Positions 38,178-47,747 of a stretch of 64,000 bases of DNA are shown piece after piece (within the stretch, counting starts at the first letter, position 1; the number at the start of each line of letters is the position of its first letter). The DNA is from Chthonomonas sp. (lineage in GTDB: Bacteria; Armatimonadota; Fimbriimonadia; Fimbriimonadales; Fimbriimonadaceae), in NCBI GenBank assembly GCA_016788585.1, contig JAEURP010000007.1:1-64000 (forward strand), in the 5' to 3' direction. The notes below the pieces were generated by a model that was not told the origin of the DNA, did not search any database, and was given only the letters and a program-made list of their open reading frames with translations. Made by a program: the position numbers and the translations under genes.

Positions 38178-40390
38178 CTGCCAACCTGCAAATCGAAGTG
38201 GAGCTCTCCTGACCGACTCGGAAGCCGAGTGGCGGCGAGTGGTCGTCCGAGGTCGTCGAAGAGGACGCCATTTGCTTGCCCAAGCTGAGGGGTCAGCCGC
38301 GAATGCCCAAACATGAGGACGCACCGCTGATTGTCGGGCAATTCAAGGACGCCGGCAAATCCGCCTTTACTGATGTCGACCGATTGCCCACGCCAAACAA
38401 TGCGCGACCCTTGCATGATCGGCCCGTTTGGAATCTTCTTCAAGAGTTCCGAGAACTCGGCGTTCTTCCTCGGGTCGGCGATCAGAATCATGCGGTTAAG
38501 GTTCGTCGGCAGAGCAGCTCCTGCAGTGCGCGGCCGCGCTCCTAATAGTTGTTCGCCCATTTCTTCATCTCCGCCGCGAACCCAGGTTCGCCCTTGCATC
38601 GAACGACGGAGGTTCGGAGCGTAAGACGCTGAATCCACATTCCTCATGATTCGGTGCCAGGGATCAAAGGTAATCGCTCTTGGCCGAAACGGGACCTGGA
38701 CTTTAAGCACTTCGCTGGACTTTCCGCTACTCAAGGGGAGCTTTATGAGCTGAGATTCTCCTTTGTCTCCTTCGACTAGAGCCTCCAGTCTCAGGCGGTA
38801 CGGCGTTCCGTTAAAGCGCAGCGTTCCGGCTACTTCCCAGCCCGCCTTCGACTGATTCAAGCTCGTGTCCGTAATTTCGAATTCGGAATAGCCGGGTTTG
38901 CGCAACCACTGATCGAAGAACCACCGTATATCGCGCTTGGAGACACGAATGACGATCCGCTCAAAGTCCTCCCACTCACCCGTCTTGCCCGGCTGGTGCT
39001 CACGGAGCCAAGTGCGAATCGACTCCTTCATGGCAACCTCGCCAATCTCGTGCTCAAGCATGTCGAGTACGAGTCCTCCTCGACCATAGCCAATCGCCGA
39101 AGCTGAACTCCCCGTTTCAGCACCAGCGGTCGCGGCTGCCTGAGCCTTGAATACAGGCATACCGAGTGGAATATCTCGAAAGGCGAGGCGGAGATCGGCA
39201 CGATTACCGGGCACGCCTTCTCGGAAATAATACTGCTCGAAGTAAGAAGCGAAGCTCTCGTTCCAGAGCGACCGCAAGTAGGTGTTGGGAATCACTCCGC
39301 CAAAAAAGGTGTGGGCGGTTTCGTGTGGGTCGATGTCGGGAAGCCAGCCCTTGGCGTAGGTCGCAAACGAATAGGCTTCGAGCGCCCCTCCTACCATTCG
39401 GCTGGAGATTAGCGAGCCCCAGGAAGGGTAGGGCCACTTGGCCAGAGTTTCATAGAACCCGATGATTCCCGCGTTTACCTCGTTCTGAATTACAAACTCC
39501 TCTGGGACCTCATCGATTGCGGCTGTCCAGAAGGTCTTGGTTCCATATTTGTCGAGCCGAATCTTGTAGCGGCCCGATGCCGCAGATAAGACAGAGATGG
39601 GAATCTGGTTGTCCCAGGTGGTGACTCGCAACCCATTCTCAAGCGTTTCCTTGATTCGTGCTCCATGCCCAAAGCTCCGCCAGTCGGGTGGGCTGATGAT
39701 CGTCGTCTTGCACTTGGACGCTTGGCGGGCAAGGGAGGGCCACCAACATGCACCCGATAGCATCATTTCGTCCGAGCGCATTTTCCCTTCCATTTCGGGC
39801 TTATCTAGCACTGCTTCATAGGTGAATTTGAGAGCGAATTGGTCGCCCGAGGGCCTGAGAATGCTTACTGTGCCCGCGGCTTGGTTGTACTTGACGATTT
39901 GGTCGCTGCCATTCTTGACTTGGGTAACGCGCCATTCGGGTCCCAAGCGAACTTGGAACGACTTCTGTGCTGGCCCGGTCGACCGAAAAGTCACCGTATC
40001 TTCGATCATAACCTTGGAGGCGGCAGGATCCATTCGGATCACAAAGTCGTGGGTATCTAGGTGCAGGCCAAAGTCGTACCGTTCTTCCACCTTACTGCCG
40101 AGCCCATCTGGCTTCCACTCGAAGACCTGCTCACCGATGTCCTCGCACGTCATTTCGGTTGAAAACACCGCGTACTTTCGTTGACCGTCTGCATCGCTTA
40201 GCTCGTGGGCGGTCCAGCCAGAACGGCCACCGCCATAGACGCCGCCGGTCCTCAGAAAATCAAAGGCAGTCGGCCGCACAGCATCCGGTCTAGAGAGGGC
40301 TAACAGTGCAGCGACATCGCGTTTGGCGGCAAGTTCGTTCAATCGCTCTAGGTTTGCGGATTGGGGAAGAAGCAGGGAAAGTAGGTCCAT
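38174..40390 (-). CDS. M1 family zinc aminopeptidase (PepN-like)
   Basis: HETAH...LWNESFASYFE matches the M1 HExxH-(X17/18)-E zinc site; 738 aa. Confidence 0.75.
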   Translation of the reverse strand: MDLLSLLLPQSANLERLNELAAKRDVAALLALSRPDAVRPTAFDFLRTGGVYGGGRSGWTAHELSDADGQRKYAVFSTEMTCEDIGEQVFEWKPDGLGSKVEERYDFGLHLDTHDFVIRMDPAASKVMIEDTVTFRSTGPAQKSFQVRLGPEWRVTQVKNGSDQIVKYNQAAGTVSILRPSGDQFALKFTYEAVLDKPEMEGKMRSDEMMLSGACWWPSLARQASKCKTTIISPPDWRSFGHGARIKETLENGLRVTTWDNQIPISVLSAASGRYKIRLDKYGTKTFWTAAIDEVPEEFVIQNEVNAGIIGFYETLAKWPYPSWGSLISSRMVGGALEAYSFATYAKGWLPDIDPHETAHTFFGGVIPNTYLRSLWNESFASYFEQYYFREGVPGNRADLRLAFRDIPLGMPVFKAQAAATAGAETGSSASAIGYGRGGLVLDMLEHEIGEVAMKESIRTWLREHQPGKTGEWEDFERIVIRVSKRDIRWFFDQWLRKPGYSEFEITDTSLNQSKAGWEVAGTLRFNGTPYRLRLEALVEGDKGESQLIKLPLSSGKSSEVLKVQVPFRPRAITFDPWHRIMRNVDSASYAPNLRRSMQGRTWVRGGDEEMGEQLLGARPRTAGAALPTNLNRMILIADPRKNAEFSELLKKIPNGPIMQGSRIVWRGQSVDISKGGFAGVLELPDNQRCVLMFGHSRLTPQLGQANGVLFDDLGRPLAATRLPSRSGELHFDLQVGS

Positions 40391-40431
40391 GGCAAAGCGC
40401 GGTCGGCTTGCATCATAATACTGATTCCAGC

Positions 40432-40508
40432 GGCGAGGTAGCTCAGGTGGTTAGAGCAACGGACTCATAACCCGTAGGTCGCGGGTTCGACTCCCGCCCT
40501 CGCTACCA
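40432..40508 (+). tRNA. tRNA-Met (anticodon CAT); could alternatively be tRNA-Ile2 (lysidine) or initiator
   Basis: Cloverleaf readable by eye: acceptor GGCGAGG/CCTCGCT, D-arm GCTC-AGGTGGTTA-GAGC, anticodon loop CTCATAA, T-arm GCGGG-TTCGACT-CCCGC, 3' ACCA. Confidence 0.8.
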
Positions 40509-40531
40509 TCTCTCCCTTCGCGCCTCGTCTC

Positions 40532-41269
40532 TCAGCCCGTAACTCCGCCAAACTTCCTCAGCCGCGATTGATACTCAATCACACCCGCGAAGAGGTCTTC
40601 TTGCTTAAACTCCGGCCAGGTGGTATCGGTCACAACGAGTTCCGCATAGGCCGCCTGGTAGATCAAAAAATTGCTCCAGCGCATTTCGCCCGCTGTCCGC
40701 AAAATCATGTCGGGGTCGGGAACTTCTGGCAAGTACATCTTCCGTGACAAACAAGCCTCATCAACCTCATCCGCGGGTACGCCCGACTTAATCAGGTCCC
40801 GAACCGCGTCCACGATCTCGGCTCGGCCGCCGTAGTTCACCGCGAGCGTGAACGTGATTCCCGTATTCGCCGCCGTCGTCTCAACCGCGAACTGAAACGC
40901 CTCTTGGAGCGAAGCAGGGAGTTCCTTCAGTCGCCCCGCGACCTTCAGCCGCACATTGTTGCGCATCATGGTCGGCACCTCGTCGCGCGTGGACTTCTCA
41001 ATCAGCTGCATCAGCCCCGCCACTTCATCGTCGCTTCGTCGCCAGTTTTCTGAGGAGAAGGCATAAACCGTCAGGTAGCGAATGCCTAAGTCGCTGCAAT
41101 CGAGCAATGCCGTGCGAAGGGTCTTGTAGCCTTTGTGATGCCCCCAAAGCCGCGCAAACCCTTGCGCCTTGGCGAAACGCCCATTACCATCCATGATCAT
41201 GCCGATATGAACCGGCAAGCGGTCGAGATTAACACCTGCAGCTTTGGCTTTGGTTTGGATGGGATTCAA
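40532..41269 (-). CDS. uppS: Undecaprenyl-diphosphate synthase (isoprenyl transferase)
   Basis: IMDGNGRFAK...YLTVYAFSSENWRR motifs; TTG start at 41269. Confidence 0.88.
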   Translation of the reverse strand: MNPIQTKAKAAGVNLDRLPVHIGMIMDGNGRFAKAQGFARLWGHHKGYKTLRTALLDCSDLGIRYLTVYAFSSENWRRSDDEVAGLMQLIEKSTRDEVPTMMRNNVRLKVAGRLKELPASLQEAFQFAVETTAANTGITFTLAVNYGGRAEIVDAVRDLIKSGVPADEVDEACLSRKMYLPEVPDPDMILRTAGEMRWSNFLIYQAAYAELVVTDTTWPEFKQEDLFAGVIEYQSRLRKFGGVTG

Positions 41270-41274
41270 GATTC

Positions 41275-41385
41275 TGTTAGGATTTGTTAGGGTTTGTTTG
41301 GGTCGTTAGGTTTGTTCGGGTCACTTTGCAAAAGGAGTAGCTTCCAGTCCTAACCACCCGAACTAATCCGAACCAACCCTAACGG
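41275..41385. repeat. GT-rich repeat element (GTTAGG[G/A]TTTG-type units) with partial inverted copy (CCTAAC...CCCTAAC) in the frr-uppS intergenic region
   Basis: Direct reading: ctgttaggatttgttagggtttgtttgggtcgttaggtttgttcggg ... gtcctaaccacccgaactaatccgaaccaaccctaacgg. Confidence 0.6.
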
Positions 41386-41388
41386 AGA

Positions 41389-41943
41389 TCAGACTTCCAT
41401 CAACTCAGCTTCTTTCTTCTTCTGGTGAGCGTGAGCTTCTTCGACATACTTGTCGGTCGACTTCTGAATCTTGCTCTCGAAGCCCTTCAGTTCGTCCTCG
41501 TTGATTTCCTTTGCCTTAAGCTTCGCCTGCACGTGATGAATGGCGTCACGGCGCACGTTTCGAATCGCGATAATCGCTTCCTCAGTCCGTCCGCTCACCT
41601 GTTTCGCCATTTCCTTGCGGCGGTCTTCGGTCATCTGCGGCAGGATGAGGCGGATCGCGGTGCCGTCATTGGTTGGGTTGATACCCAAATCGCTCTTCAA
41701 AATCGCCTTCTCGATCGCGCCAAACATGCTTTTGTCCCAAGGGGTAATCGCAATCATGCGCGGCTCGGGGACGCTGATATTAGCGACCTGGCTAATCGGC
41801 GATTCAGCGCCGTAATAGTCAACCGTAATGCGCTCCAGCATCGCCGGGTTCGCCCGCCCCGTGCGATAAGTCGCAAAGTCGTGCAACATCGCATCAATCG
41901 CGGCCTTCATTCGCCGCTCAGCATCTTGAATCAATTCGTCCAT
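41389..41943 (-). CDS. frr: Ribosome recycling factor
   Basis: RRF-typical sequence throughout; ATG at 41943 preferred (longer track ORF merely translates the GT-rich repeat as NPNKPNKK). Confidence 0.88.
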   Translation of the reverse strand: MDELIQDAERRMKAAIDAMLHDFATYRTGRANPAMLERITVDYYGAESPISQVANISVPEPRMIAITPWDKSMFGAIEKAILKSDLGINPTNDGTAIRLILPQMTEDRRKEMAKQVSGRTEEAIIAIRNVRRDAIHHVQAKLKAKEINEDELKGFESKIQKSTDKYVEEAHAHQKKKEAELMEV

Positions 41944-41946
41944 GGT

Positions 41947-42031
41947 TTTTTTGTTTGGTTTGTTAGGATTTGCCAGGGTTCGTTCGGTTTGTCCGTTATT
42001 CCCCAATTCCTAATTCTAAACTCCTAATTCC
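41947..42031. repeat. Second copy of the GT-rich element (tttgttaggatttgccagggttcgttcggtttg) followed by CT-rich cctaattc repeats, in the pyrH-frr intergenic region
   Basis: Shares tgttaggatttg core with 41275-41385. Confidence 0.55.
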
Positions 42032-42757
42032 TCATTCTCCAGCAACTACCGTCCCAACTGGTTCGCCAAGAACAGCCTGCAGCATTGCGTCCTTCTGATT
42101 CAAGTCTAACACGACCAGTGGAAGCTCATGTTCCCGGCACATCGTAAAGGCGGTCATGTCCATCACCGCGAGTTGCTTGCTCATCACTTCGCCATAGCCG
42201 ACCTTCTCGTAACGCTTGGCATCGGCGTGCTTGCGAGGGTCTTTGTCATAGACGCCATCCACCTTGGTCGCTTTAATTAAGGCATCAGCGTGAATCTCTA
42301 GTGCGCGCAAAACGCCCGCTGTGTCGGTCGTAAAGTAGGGATTGCCGGTGCCGCTCGCGAATACAACGATGCGCCCCTTTTCGAGGTGGCGAATGGCGCG
42401 CCTCACGATGAACGGCTCGGCGACCTGGCTCACGGTTATCGCGCTTTGCACCCGCGCCGCAACGCCATATTTCTCAATGGCGTTTTGCAGGGCGAGGCCA
42501 TTGATGACCGTACCCATCATGCCCATCTGATCAGCCACGCTGCGGTCGAATCCGCCCTGCTGGCTAAAGGCATCGCCTCGAATAAAGTTGCCGCCACCGA
42601 CTACCACCGCGACCTGAACGCCCGCATTCGCAACCGCAACAATCTCACCGGCAATTCGGTTCAAGGTCGTGGCATCAAGCCCAAATCCGGCGTCTCCGGC
42701 GAGCATTTCGCCACTAATCTTCAGGAGTACGCGCTTGAATTTGGGGGTGCCGGACAT
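42032..42757 (-). CDS. pyrH: UMP kinase
   Basis: KRVLLKISGE...GGG..FRG and overall PyrH sequence; ATG at 42757 preferred. Confidence 0.9.
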   Translation of the reverse strand: MSGTPKFKRVLLKISGEMLAGDAGFGLDATTLNRIAGEIVAVANAGVQVAVVVGGGNFIRGDAFSQQGGFDRSVADQMGMMGTVINGLALQNAIEKYGVAARVQSAITVSQVAEPFIVRRAIRHLEKGRIVVFASGTGNPYFTTDTAGVLRALEIHADALIKATKVDGVYDKDPRKHADAKRYEKVGYGEVMSKQLAVMDMTAFTMCREHELPLVVLDLNQKDAMLQAVLGEPVGTVVAGE

Positions 42758-42806
42758 CGCGATAGATTGTAGCTTACAAACTCCCAACCTGTCGTAGAAT
42801 TAGGGC

Positions 42807-44039
42807 ATGTCTAAGTTTTGGGTTTCGTGCCTCTGTGTTTGTGCCACGCTCTCGGCCAGCGCGATCGGGCCGCGCGTTGCCATCGTTGCCGCTGCCACCA
42901 ACACGGCTAACGAACAAACGAACACTCGCTTCACCGATCCACGCGATATGCTCGTAAATGACGGTCGTTTCAGTAGCGTGACGATTATCAGCACCACACA
43001 GTACGGTGGTGGCTTTACGCCGACCCTTATCGACCTCCTTCAATATGACGCGATCCTCCACTGGACCAATGACTCGAACGAAGACAGCGTCGGCCTGGGC
43101 AATAGCTTTGCTGACTATGTGGACGCAGGAGGCGGCGTAGTCGTGTCGGTTTTTGCTAACACTTCGACCAATGTCATGCGTTACCTGCGCGGTCGATGGC
43201 AGACCGGAAATTACGAGATCATTCCCGCCGCAGGCACCCATACGGAAGGTCCGGTCGCCGGTACCCCGGGCACTGAGGGGTACATCCATATGGCAACGCC
43301 AATTGTTCCGGCTCACCCCATTTTCCAAGGAGTTGGCGACGTGCGGCTGTGGTGGAAGACGACGACTCAGGGTCTCCGCTGGGGCGCCCATCGACCCACA
43401 AATACCAACGTCCACCTTTGGGGGCAGAAAATCGCGCTGTGGGACGACGGTAAGACCGCGGTTGCCCTGCACAACGACCACCCCAACCGCGTGGATTTGG
43501 GCATTCACCCGGTGTCCGACGCCGTTGCATTAGCCTACTATGATCGCACAAGCGACGCTGGAAAGCTGATCGCGAACTCGCTTCTGTATTCGGCAGGAAT
43601 CGCGATTGCCGTTGATTTGAGCCTCGGCGATACGGTGAGCCCGATGGCGGCATCCCGCAGCATTGACTACACAGTAAAGCAAGGAGATATTGTTCGGAAG
43701 ATTGGGACGGTGCAATTACCTACGGTGCCAGAGGCTCCCGCAAGGATCTACCTGCTGCGATCACTGACCGGCCCAATCACGATCGAGTTCGATGGCGCCT
43801 CCTATCTTCGGAAGAAAGTGCACGCAGTTCATGCGGGCAGTGACCTGAATCTCGGACCCGTTGTATTGACGAACGGTGACCCTGACAATAGCGGTGAAGT
43901 CGATGCCGCTGATATTGACGCTGTCATTGCCAACTTCGGATCAACGAATGACGGTAGCACCGACGTGGACGCGTCTGGGGAAGTTGATGCCGCCGATATC
44001 GATATCGTGATTTCCAACTTTGGCAGCGTCAACGAATAA
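42807..44039 (+). CDS. Secreted ThuA/class-I-glutamine-amidotransferase-like protein with C-terminal dockerin-type repeat (paralogue D)
   Basis: N-terminal signal peptide; DAILHWTND...GGGVVVSVF ThuA-like; C-terminal TNGDPDNSGEVDAADIDAVIANFG...DVDASGEVDAADIDIVISNFGSVNE. Confidence 0.6.
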   Translation: MSKFWVSCLCVCATLSASAIGPRVAIVAAATNTANEQTNTRFTDPRDMLVNDGRFSSVTIISTTQYGGGFTPTLIDLLQYDAILHWTNDSNEDSVGLGNSFADYVDAGGGVVVSVFANTSTNVMRYLRGRWQTGNYEIIPAAGTHTEGPVAGTPGTEGYIHMATPIVPAHPIFQGVGDVRLWWKTTTQGLRWGAHRPTNTNVHLWGQKIALWDDGKTAVALHNDHPNRVDLGIHPVSDAVALAYYDRTSDAGKLIANSLLYSAGIAIAVDLSLGDTVSPMAASRSIDYTVKQGDIVRKIGTVQLPTVPEAPARIYLLRSLTGPITIEFDGASYLRKKVHAVHAGSDLNLGPVVLTNGDPDNSGEVDAADIDAVIANFGSTNDGSTDVDASGEVDAADIDIVISNFGSVNE

Positions 44040-44126
44040 GTTCACATTCTTGTGGGCGGAAGGTCCCTACACAGTAATTTTCCTGTAGTCTTACTGTAAC
44101 CGTAGCAATGCGGTTCAGAGGACAAC

Positions 44127-45992
44127 ATGAAGAAAATCGCTAGCCTATGCCTTCTGCTAGGCTTAATGAACATAGTCCAGGCGCAGCTCACCGTTCCCAA
44201 AGGTGCGACAGTGAATGGTCATGGACAGACCCTTTTGGACACAAGCGCCGCTAAGGCCAAGTGTGTCGCCGACTCCAGTGTAACCGGTGGATATCGAATG
44301 AGCCTCCGCTGGCTGGAATGGGCAATTTATACAGTACCGAATGGCAAGACCAGCATCGGCGCTGTTCAAGTCTGCCACTGGAAATGCAAGGGTGGCAAGC
44401 ACACGCACGCTGCCGAGTGCATCGAAGGTGGATGCTATACAAAGTGCACCGATAAGCATTTGGTAACGCTTGATTCTTCCAGAAGCACTGAGGACACTGT
44501 TTCGACAGCAGTGGCGAGCGAATCAGCGATCGAGCACTGCATCGAGGTCAGCGCCGAAGCTGGAATTGAGATTGGTCCGGTCAGCCTTGGCGGTAGTGTA
44601 ACGGGAAGCAAAACTACCTCACAGACTAAGTCGATCGAGAACAGCATTTCTGCGGCCATCGGGGCCTCGCAAACCGGTACCGTCAATATTGATGTCGAGC
44701 ACTTCAACACCGTGTGCTGCACCAAGACAACGCGAGTCTATGGCTTCTACCAATATGAAGTTCATGTCGTAGCTTTGGTGAAGGAGCATGATTACTACGC
44801 AGATAGCTGGATCATCGGTCTTGGCAAGGCGGGCGTACTGCCGAGCGGCGGTTTGAAACTCATTGGAGATAGCCGCGTGGTCGCTGGTCCAAGCGACACG
44901 ATCGTCGCCACTTACCAGATTCCAAGCAATGAGCCACTCAGTGAAAAGCCTGAGACGATTTGCAAATGCGTACCCGCGCCAGTCACGACACCAAATGGCA
45001 GTGGAAGTAGCGGTGGAAGCAAAGACCCATTGGATGATCAAGGTAGCTTGCCGCGCGGAACCTCTCGATTCAAAGTGACTCCAAAAGACGATGAAGAGTA
45101 CGTCGTCCGTAACCCCTACAATGGCCCCCTATTGGTGGATTACGGCCCATTCAAGACGGTTCTTGAGCCAAAGGGCGAAGTCACTATTCCGAAGGGCAAG
45201 GACACTTCCGTCGTCGTAAAGAACTCAAAGGGCGAGCCCTTGCTCGGCATCCTCATCGACTACGGCTACAACTTCTTGACGCGAAATGGGAATCCGCCCA
45301 TGAGATCTCCTGGTCCAACCGATTCGACGCCGCCCATGATCATGCCAATCGAAGGTGGCGCGGTCAATTTCGGTGGACTCACTCCCGTAAATCTAACCGG
45401 CCCCAACCTTGGGTTGCCCAAGTTCAACGGCCAGTTCGAAGGCATCAAGTTCTCGGGACTCACTTCGGGATGCTTACCGGTCATGGGATCGAGTACGCCA
45501 ATTCTGGAGTTCGTCGGCCACTGGCCCAAGGGTTCCCAATTACAGATCACGGAAGGCACGAAAGCAAGCGGTGCTCAGTGCATGTTTGAAGTGCGAAAGG
45601 GCAACGAAGTTGTTCGTTCATTTGGGCGGTTCACTGGTGTTCAAGGCATGAGCAACCCGACGATCAATGTCGTTAATCCGAGCGGCCAAGTCATTGGAAG
45701 CACAAAGATGAGTACTGATCCGGTCGGATTCGAGACGAAAATTTCGCCTGAGTCTGGCAAGGTGGGAACCGAAGCCACGATGACTGTGAACTGTCAGCCG
45801 GTTCAAGCGGTGCTTAGTTTGGATGGAACGGAAGCTCAAAACTCCCTTCGGCTGGTCTTCGACTACTCGAACAGCGGCGGCGCCACCGGCCCCAAGACGG
45901 CCAATGTTCCGGCCAACGGAATCGTCACGGTCAAAATCAAACGAGGCGAGGTTGGTGAATACGCCGTTGGAGTCGGGATGGAGATCCGATAG
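44127..45992 (+). CDS. Secreted Cys-rich beta-type protein, possible aerolysin/ETX-like insertion segment (speculative)
   Basis: Signal peptide MKKIASLCLLLGLMNIVQAQ; Cys-rich N-domain; Ser/Thr-rich alternating stretch IEIGPVSLGGSVTGSKTTSQTKSIENSISAAIGASQTGTVNIDV. Confidence 0.45.
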   Translation: MKKIASLCLLLGLMNIVQAQLTVPKGATVNGHGQTLLDTSAAKAKCVADSSVTGGYRMSLRWLEWAIYTVPNGKTSIGAVQVCHWKCKGGKHTHAAECIEGGCYTKCTDKHLVTLDSSRSTEDTVSTAVASESAIEHCIEVSAEAGIEIGPVSLGGSVTGSKTTSQTKSIENSISAAIGASQTGTVNIDVEHFNTVCCTKTTRVYGFYQYEVHVVALVKEHDYYADSWIIGLGKAGVLPSGGLKLIGDSRVVAGPSDTIVATYQIPSNEPLSEKPETICKCVPAPVTTPNGSGSSGGSKDPLDDQGSLPRGTSRFKVTPKDDEEYVVRNPYNGPLLVDYGPFKTVLEPKGEVTIPKGKDTSVVVKNSKGEPLLGILIDYGYNFLTRNGNPPMRSPGPTDSTPPMIMPIEGGAVNFGGLTPVNLTGPNLGLPKFNGQFEGIKFSGLTSGCLPVMGSSTPILEFVGHWPKGSQLQITEGTKASGAQCMFEVRKGNEVVRSFGRFTGVQGMSNPTINVVNPSGQVIGSTKMSTDPVGFETKISPESGKVGTEATMTVNCQPVQAVLSLDGTEAQNSLRLVFDYSNSGGATGPKTANVPANGIVTVKIKRGEVGEYAVGVGMEIR

Positions 45993-47648
45993 CTACCGGA
46001 TATTGAAGTACTTTGCCGCCGGATGGTGAATGACGATCGCGCTGGTGCTCTGCTCGGGCACCAGCATAAACTCCTCGCTTAGCTCGATTCCGATTCGGCC
46101 GGGATCGAGCAACTCGAACAGCTTTGCTTGATCCTCTAGGTTAGGGCAAGCGGGATAGCCGAACGAGTATCGCGCGCCTTGATACTTAACCCCAAAGAGC
46201 CCCTTAATATCGGCTGGGTCGTTGTGGCCTATTCCCATCTCAGCGCGCATCAGTTTGTGCCAGTACTCGGCAAGGGCCTCGGCCGTCTCAACACCCATGC
46301 CGTGTACGAAAAGATAATCCTGAAACTCGCCCCTTGCGAACAGCGCGCGCTCGGCATCACTTACCGCCGATCCAACCGTCACAATACTGAACCCGGCGAC
46401 ATCCATCTCGGAATCACCGACCGGGCGGAAGAAATCGGCGAGGCACTGCCGGCGACCATCGCGTTGGCGAGGAAAGTTGAATCGAAGCCGCTCAGTTTTC
46501 TTGTCGTCCTCGAAAATGACGAGGTCGTTTCCTTCGCTTTGCGCCCAAAAGTATCCCCAAGCTACCTTTGGCGTCAAGACGGTAGCCAGCTCTCTTTGTA
46601 GCCGATTGAAGGTGGGTCGTGCCTCTTGCTCCAGATAGGCATTGAACCCAGGGTTGTCCATGCCATCCGGACGCTTAAATTGCCACTGCCCGCGCCAGAG
46701 CGCGGTCAAGTTGATGTACTTGTAAATCTCAAAGATGTCGAATTTGTCGCGAACCCGCGAGCCATAGAAGGGAAGGACCGGAATGCTCTCGGCGGCCTCG
46801 ATATCGCTCTTGACGCCCTGATATTCGTAGAGATCGGGATCGAGTTCATCTGTCCGGTGGCTGCGAGTCCGCTCGCCGCGATCGGCAATCTCCACGGACT
46901 CACCGCTGCCAATCTGCTCCATCAGCCGCAGACCCTCAAAAGCATCCTGTGCGTAGTGAACTTGGCCACGATAGATGTCGCGTAAGTCCTCTTCGACGTA
47001 GCCGCGGGTCAGGGCCGCGCCGCCAAGGATGACGGGAATTTCGGCTAGGCCCCGTTCGTTCATTTCGAGCAGGTTGTCCTTCATGATCACCGTGCTCTTC
47101 ACGAGCAGCCCGCTCATGCCAATGACCTGGCACTGGTTCGCCGCGCACTGGTCGAGAATGTTGTTGATCGGCTGCTTAATGCCAATATTCACCACCCGAT
47201 AACCATTGTTCGAAAGGATGATGTCGACGAGGTTTTTGCCAATGTCGTGAACATCGCCGGCGACGGTCGCCAATAGGATAGAGCCCTTTTCGGCTCCCTC
47301 AACTTTCTCCATCAATGGCTCAAGCTGAGCTACTGCGGCTTTCATCACCTCAGCGCTTTGGAGAACGAATGGCAATTGCATCTTGCCTGCGCCAAATAAC
47401 TCGCCAACAGTCTTCATACCGTCGAGAAGAATCTCGTTGATGATCGTCAGCGGTTCATACGTCTTGAGCGCATCCTGTATGTGCCGGTCAAGGTTCTTCT
47501 TGACGCCGTCGATGATGTGCTTTTTCAGCTTGTCTTCGACACTGAGGGCGGCAAACGCATCTTCGCTGTCATTCGTTGCGCGCACGCCCTCGAACCGCTT
47601 CATGAGTTCGATGAGCGGATCGTATGTCACGCGCTTCTCGTCTGCCAC
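45993..47648 (-). CDS. metH: Methionine synthase C-terminal half only (B12-binding cap + cobalamin-binding + AdoMet activation domains); start uncertain
   Basis: DVHDIGKN...GMSGLL (B12 DxHxxG...SxL...GG motifs) and C-terminal reactivation domain; no Hcy/pterin-binding domains; GTG at 47648 proposed, track ORF runs on through the G-rich repeat to 47858. Confidence 0.65.
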   Translation of the reverse strand: MADEKRVTYDPLIELMKRFEGVRATNDSEDAFAALSVEDKLKKHIIDGVKKNLDRHIQDALKTYEPLTIINEILLDGMKTVGELFGAGKMQLPFVLQSAEVMKAAVAQLEPLMEKVEGAEKGSILLATVAGDVHDIGKNLVDIILSNNGYRVVNIGIKQPINNILDQCAANQCQVIGMSGLLVKSTVIMKDNLLEMNERGLAEIPVILGGAALTRGYVEEDLRDIYRGQVHYAQDAFEGLRLMEQIGSGESVEIADRGERTRSHRTDELDPDLYEYQGVKSDIEAAESIPVLPFYGSRVRDKFDIFEIYKYINLTALWRGQWQFKRPDGMDNPGFNAYLEQEARPTFNRLQRELATVLTPKVAWGYFWAQSEGNDLVIFEDDKKTERLRFNFPRQRDGRRQCLADFFRPVGDSEMDVAGFSIVTVGSAVSDAERALFARGEFQDYLFVHGMGVETAEALAEYWHKLMRAEMGIGHNDPADIKGLFGVKYQGARYSFGYPACPNLEDQAKLFELLDPGRIGIELSEEFMLVPEQSTSAIVIHHPAAKYFNIR

Positions 47649-47670
47649 AGGTTCAATTGTACTTAGTTTC

Positions 47671-47747
47671 GGGTGTGGGGTCTGGGGTGTAGGGTTTGGG
47701 GTGTGGGGTGTGGGGTGTGGGGTGTGGGGTATGGGGTATGGGGTATG
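47671..47747. repeat. G-rich heptamer tandem repeat (GGGTGTG/GGGTATG-type x11) between folB and metH-like gene; G-quadruplex-capable on plus strand
   Basis: Direct reading of 11 consecutive 7-mers each starting GGG(G). Confidence 0.9.

Noticed and set aside
37332-38324. Full 330-aa ORF for the rmlD-like gene
   Set aside because: The first ~50 residues are Arg/Pro-rich, non-conserved, and overlap the 3' end of the M1 peptidase gene. The conserved Rossmann start (ILVTGAGG) follows a TTG at ~38177.
41944-42006. Longer frr ORF starting MGNNGQTERTLANPNKPNKKT
   Set aside because: The extension is the translation of the GT-rich intergenic repeat. The conserved RRF sequence begins at the ATG at 41943.
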